Assembly: GCA_045863235.1 (NCBI GenBank)
Contig: BTUM01000099.1
Coordinates: 1 to 27,770, forward strand
Source: Candidatus Xenobia bacterium
GTDB taxonomy: Bacteria; Vulcanimicrobiota; Xenobia; Xenobiales; QWHO01
Direction of reading: 5' to 3'
Length of the DNA stretch: 27,770 bases
Shown: in pieces, positions 24,035 through 27,770 of the stretch
Position numbering within the stretch: the stretch's first letter is position 1
Layout: every line of letters starts with the position of its first letter
Position numbers and translations under genes: made by a program
Notes under the pieces: model-generated
Seen by the model: the letters and a program-made list of their open reading frames with translations, nothing else
Database searches by the model: none
Told to the model about the DNA's origin: nothing

Positions 24035-26285
24035 AGCCTTCGTGATTTTGCTGGCGCTGGTCACTCCGGCGGTGGGAGAGACGCGGATTGCGGCGGGACA
24101 GACGTGGCAGATGGATTTCACGGCTCCCAAGCTGGACGGCAAGGGAGAGGTGCACCTGATCCTCAAGGCGCGGGTGGACTGGCCCACGCTGGGCGGTGGG
24201 TCGAATCCGGTGATGATCCTGCTGGTGAACGGCAAGCCGCCGGGAGCCGCCTCACTGAAGAACAAGCCACTGCAGTTCACGATGCGGGACGGAAGCGACA
24301 CGAGCTGGCTGTGGGGAAACGCCTGGCGAGTGGTGTTCTGTCCGGACTTCTCGGACAAGATCCGCACGGAGCCGATCTCGGTGGGGATCCCGGATACGGA
24401 TCCGTTCAGCTTCGAATGGGACATCACGCCGCTGGTGCAGCCAGGCAAGAACACGATCAGCATCCGCCACGACAAGCTGCTGGAGCAGCCGGTGGAACTG
24501 GTCTTGGAAGGCGTGCAGGTCAAGCGGGTGGGACGAGGCGACGGCCGGGGCCCCCGGCACGGGCACGAGAGCCACTCGGTCAACTCGCGCCGCAAGCTGG
24601 GCAAGTACATCGCCGGGGCCTTCCAGCCGGCCCGACCGGGCCTGGTGCACTTCTCGCCGCAGGGCAGTCTGCTGGTGCACGGGGTCGAGGTGCAAAGCCG
24701 CTTCAGCCAGCCGAACGGAGGCTGGTTCACGACCAGCGCGGCGGGAGCGGTGGCTCTGCAACCTGGACAATCGGTCAGCCACACGTTCTCGACCGGAGAG
24801 CTTCAGGTGGTACGGACGGTGACGCTGCTCCCGACAAGGGTCCACGTGGTGGACCACCTGAAAAACACAAGCGCGAACACGGTGGGCACAATCCTGGAGC
24901 ACCGGTTCCAGGCCAGCGGAGCGGTCTTCCTGGGAGGTCGCAAGGCATTCTCGGCCGAGCAGAGCGTGGAGGAGCCAGCCCACCCCACGGTCTTCTGGGA
25001 TGCCCCCGGGAAGACCATGGGATTGGTGGCCGAGGACGATATCTTTCGAGTCCACGTCCGCTCGTTCCAGAAGGGAGGCTGGGCAGGGCTGAGCGACCCG
25101 CGCATGGCCATCCCAGGCTCGAGCGAGCGCCTGGTAGAGTGGAGCCTGTACGACCTGGGCGACGGGGACTACTGGGACTTCATCAACACGGTGCGGCAGG
25201 ACTGGAAGGTGAACCAGACGCTTGGATGGCCGCTGGTGTTCGAGTCGGGAGCAAGCTCTTACGCAACGCAGTATGCGGTAGGGCCGGCCCGGGCCCGCTG
25301 GGTCACGCTGCAAGCGACGTTCCCGGACGGGAAGCTGGCCGAAGGGACGGCCATCGAGCAGGCACTGCCATGGTGCAACGGGGTCGCACGACAAGTGCAG
25401 GAGCTCAAGAGCGGCAAGGTCATGATGTACCTGCACGGGCAGATCTGCACGGAGCAGAACGCGGCCAACCTGTACGGGGACTCGCAAGCTCTGAAGCTGG
25501 GCGGAGGGCAGGTGCTGAGCCCATACAGCTACCCGGTACTGGTCTTCTTGCCCACGCTCACGAATGCATACGGGAACGCACTGTACGCCTCGGTACTGCG
25601 CGCCCTGGGACTGACCCACGTGGGGGGAGTATACTGGGACGAGATGTCTTACGCCACGGAGCGGTACGTGCAGGCCCAGCCCTGGGACAACTGCAGCGCT
25701 GAGATTTCACCTGAATCGCACACGATCGTGGTACTGATCTCGAGCGTGCCTCTGCTCAAGCAGCCATGGGATGGAAAGATGGTGCGGGAACTGCAGGGCA
25801 AGGGGATGGATCTGGTGGGGAACGGGCCGGCCTTCACGCGCTCTACGATGCAGCTGATGGTGCCCCGCATTGCGGAAACGTCGTCCTACCGCAATCTGGT
25901 GGATCTGCACCTGTCTACTCCATGGGGACTGGCTAACCACGAGTTGGACCGGACGGTGGCCTCGAACATGCGCATGACGCACAGGATCCTGGATTTCGGC
26001 TGCCTGATGACGCCCTTTCACATGGAGAAAGAACGGTATCCCTGGGTGGACGCGCTGTATCCGTTCACGCCGGTTGAGCTGCGCAGCGGGGTCTTGATGG
26101 GGAAAGAGCGAATCGTGACGAACCGCTCGGGCGTGTTCGGCTGGGTGGACGGCTCGCCTTTCGAGGTGCTGGTGTTCGACCTGAAAGGCCAGCGGGTTCG
26201 CGCTTTGCAGGCCGGGCCAGAAGTGGACCTGAAGCTGAAGCCGGGAGAGCTGGCCGTGCTGGTGCGCCAGGGGGGAAAGCCTTGA
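24021..26285 (+). CDS. Secreted hypothetical protein, possible glycoside hydrolase/carbohydrate-active enzyme
   Basis: Signal peptide MSWIRAFVILLALVTPAVG, a beta-rich N-terminal half, and an alpha/beta C-terminal half with GVYWDEMSY. The ORF is solid; the function is inferred. Confidence 0.6.
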   Translation: MSWIRAFVILLALVTPAVGETRIAAGQTWQMDFTAPKLDGKGEVHLILKARVDWPTLGGGSNPVMILLVNGKPPGAASLKNKPLQFTMRDGSDTSWLWGNAWRVVFCPDFSDKIRTEPISVGIPDTDPFSFEWDITPLVQPGKNTISIRHDKLLEQPVELVLEGVQVKRVGRGDGRGPRHGHESHSVNSRRKLGKYIAGAFQPARPGLVHFSPQGSLLVHGVEVQSRFSQPNGGWFTTSAAGAVALQPGQSVSHTFSTGELQVVRTVTLLPTRVHVVDHLKNTSANTVGTILEHRFQASGAVFLGGRKAFSAEQSVEEPAHPTVFWDAPGKTMGLVAEDDIFRVHVRSFQKGGWAGLSDPRMAIPGSSERLVEWSLYDLGDGDYWDFINTVRQDWKVNQTLGWPLVFESGASSYATQYAVGPARARWVTLQATFPDGKLAEGTAIEQALPWCNGVARQVQELKSGKVMMYLHGQICTEQNAANLYGDSQALKLGGGQVLSPYSYPVLVFLPTLTNAYGNALYASVLRALGLTHVGGVYWDEMSYATERYVQAQPWDNCSAEISPESHTIVVLISSVPLLKQPWDGKMVRELQGKGMDLVGNGPAFTRSTMQLMVPRIAETSSYRNLVDLHLSTPWGLANHELDRTVASNMRMTHRILDFGCLMTPFHMEKERYPWVDALYPFTPVELRSGVLMGKERIVTNRSGVFGWVDGSPFEVLVFDLKGQRVRALQAGPEVDLKLKPGELAVLVRQGGKP

Positions 26286-26301
26286 TACAAAGGATGAAGC
26301 C

Positions 26302-27498
26302 ATGATCGCAGCGGGAGACCTGGGACAGCTGGCCACGGGAAGACAGGAGGACCTGTTTGCCCAGGACCTGCAGCGCAATCACGACCGCTTGACCGCCAGC
26401 ATCGAGGGCAAGCGGGTACTGGTGATCGGGGGGGCGGGCAGCATCGGGCAGGCAACGGTGGAGGTGGTGTCGGGGTTCCGACCGGCCGCCTTGCACGTGG
26501 TGGATCACAATGAGAATAATCTGGCCGAGCTGGTGCGCAACCTGCGAGGACGGCCGGAAGGACTGTCGGTTCAGGATTTCCGCACGCTGCCCGTCGACTT
26601 CGGCTCGAGCATCATGGCGCGCTTTCTTAAAGACCAGCCGCCCTACCAAGCTGTTCTGTGCTTTGCCGCATTGAAGCATGTGCGCTCGGAGAAAGACGTC
26701 TACTCTATCATGCAGATGCTCCGGGTGAATGTGCTGCTCGTGTGGCGCTTGCTGCGCTGGCTCAAGGAGCCCGAGCACTTCTTCTGCGTGTCGACGGATA
26801 AGGCAGCCAATCCGGTCAACGTGATGGGAGCGACCAAGCGGCTCATGGAGCACGTCGTCTTTGAGCAGCCAGACCGCCCTCACGCCACGGCCCGATTCGC
26901 CAATGTGGCCTTCTCGGAAGGTAGTCTGTTGCAGGGTTTCCTGCGCCGACTGGAGCGCCGGCAGCCATTGCCGATACCGCGTGATACGCGGCGTTTCTTC
27001 GTTACTCTGCGCGAGTCGGGTCAGCTGTGCACTCTAGCGGCTTTCACTAGCCCAGCACGCCACGTCGTGGTGCCCCGCCTTGACGCCGAGTGCGATCTCA
27101 AGCTGCTCGAGGAGGTGGGACGGGACCTCGTGACCCACCTGGGACGCACGCCCTGCGAATATGACTCGGAGGAGGAAGCGCGTTCGAAGGCCCACGAGGA
27201 CTACGCCCAGGGTCGGGTACCGTTGCTCCTCACGCCCTGCGACACGACCGGAGAGAAGCCTTACGAAGAGTTTGTCGGAGAAGGCGAAGAATTGCGCGAG
27301 ATCGGCCTGGAGTCGCTCCTGGGTGTACCATACCTGGCCAATCCGGCCCTGAACCTGTCCGACCTGGTGAACCGCATGCAAAAAATGATCGAGGGAGAGC
27401 CCTGGGCCGAGCTCGAAGAATTGCTCGACCTCCTCTCGTCCAGCTTGCCCGAGTTTCGCCACCAGCGCACCGCATTGCACCTCGACAGTCGTCTGTAG
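26302..27498 (+). CDS. Polysaccharide biosynthesis protein, soluble CapD/PglF-like UDP-GlcNAc 4,6-dehydratase
   Basis: GGAGSIG, AALKHV, VSTDKAANPVNVMGATKR, ARFANVAFSEGS, RFF. SD AAGGA upstream. Confidence 0.9.
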   Translation: MIAAGDLGQLATGRQEDLFAQDLQRNHDRLTASIEGKRVLVIGGAGSIGQATVEVVSGFRPAALHVVDHNENNLAELVRNLRGRPEGLSVQDFRTLPVDFGSSIMARFLKDQPPYQAVLCFAALKHVRSEKDVYSIMQMLRVNVLLVWRLLRWLKEPEHFFCVSTDKAANPVNVMGATKRLMEHVVFEQPDRPHATARFANVAFSEGSLLQGFLRRLERRQPLPIPRDTRRFFVTLRESGQLCTLAAFTSPARHVVVPRLDAECDLKLLEEVGRDLVTHLGRTPCEYDSEEEARSKAHEDYAQGRVPLLLTPCDTTGEKPYEEFVGEGEELREIGLESLLGVPYLANPALNLSDLVNRMQKMIEGEPWAELEELLDLLSSSLPEFRHQRTALHLDSRL

Positions 27499-27680
27499 AC
27501 ACCTTCTCTCACCCGGTCCTTCAGAGCCCTGAACTCACTTTCGCGGTTCGCATTCGGCTGCTTGGTTACTCGGCGACCTCACAGCTCGCCGGTGCTCGGA
27601 ACCCCGAATCACGCACTTCAGACGAGCGCTGGTCCCTGGTCCGCCACCCACGCCTACACGTCTGGCACGTCTGGAGCACC

Positions 27681-27714
27681 AAAGAAAAGAAGGGCTCCAT
27701 CACTGGAGCCCTTC
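27681..27714 (-). terminator. Intrinsic terminator downstream of the 5S rRNA gene
   Basis: Perfect 11-bp stem GAAGGGCTCCA/TGGAGCCCTTC (27689-27714), followed on the minus strand by TTTTCTTT. Confidence 0.88.
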
Positions 27715-27722
27715 GAAAAATA

Positions 27723-27770
27723 TCCCCGGCGGTGACCTACTCTCCCACCCGGTCGCCCGGGCAGTACCAT
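27723..27770 (-). rRNA. rrf: 5S ribosomal RNA, 3' part (truncated by the window edge)
   Basis: Reverse complement ATGGTACTGCCCGGGCGACCGGGTGGGAGAGTAGGTCACCGCCGGGGA matches the conserved 5S 3' half (GATGGTA...GAGAGTAGG..GCC). Confidence 0.95.

Noticed and set aside
24104..25702. 532-aa alternative-frame + strand ORF
   Set aside because: Low-complexity Arg/Gly/Ala/Pro translation typical of an off-frame read of GC-rich coding DNA; no motifs.
27499..27680. Spacer between the dehydratase gene and the rRNA terminator as a possible ncRNA
   Set aside because: No recognisable motif, strong stem or credible ORF.
1..27770. CRISPR array, tRNA, integrase or transposase
   Set aside because: No regularly spaced repeats, cloverleaf, or recombinase/transposase motifs were seen by eye.

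Overview
A high-GC bacterial chromosomal window, almost all on the + strand. In order it holds: (i) a 713-aa hypothetical protein with two tandem beta-sandwich-like repeats; (ii) a three-gene minor-pilin/pseudopilin cassette (PilX-like plus two class III signal-peptide proteins); (iii) a Phd/YefM-VapC type II toxin-antitoxin pair; (iv) a small uncharacterised unit made of a sigma70 promoter, an un-annotated 31-aa leader peptide, mutually exclusive antiterminator/terminator hairpins, a 257-aa basic His/Cys-rich protein and a terminator, which looks like a ribosome-sensing attenuator and is the best candidate for an undescribed system; (v) a ~20-kb surface-polysaccharide cluster (phosphoglycosyl transferase, TylF-like methyltransferase, split transketolase, DegT aminotransferase, Wza/SLBB exporter, an inverted methyltransferase, GT2, two AsnB-type amidotransferases, Bordetella WbmG/H- and WbmF-like SDRs, GT4, CgeB-like GT, GNAT, a secreted putative glycoside hydrolase, CapD-like dehydratase); and (vi) the 3' end of a minus-strand 5S rRNA gene with its terminator. 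Three promoters place the -10 box exactly 6 nt before the start codon, implying leaderless mRNAs. A short CTAG-bounded palindromic element occurs twice. All calls come from reading motifs by eye and from remembered family features; no searches or folding computations were run. The gene style recalls Ca. Eremiobacterota (Xenobia), but that assignment is unverified.
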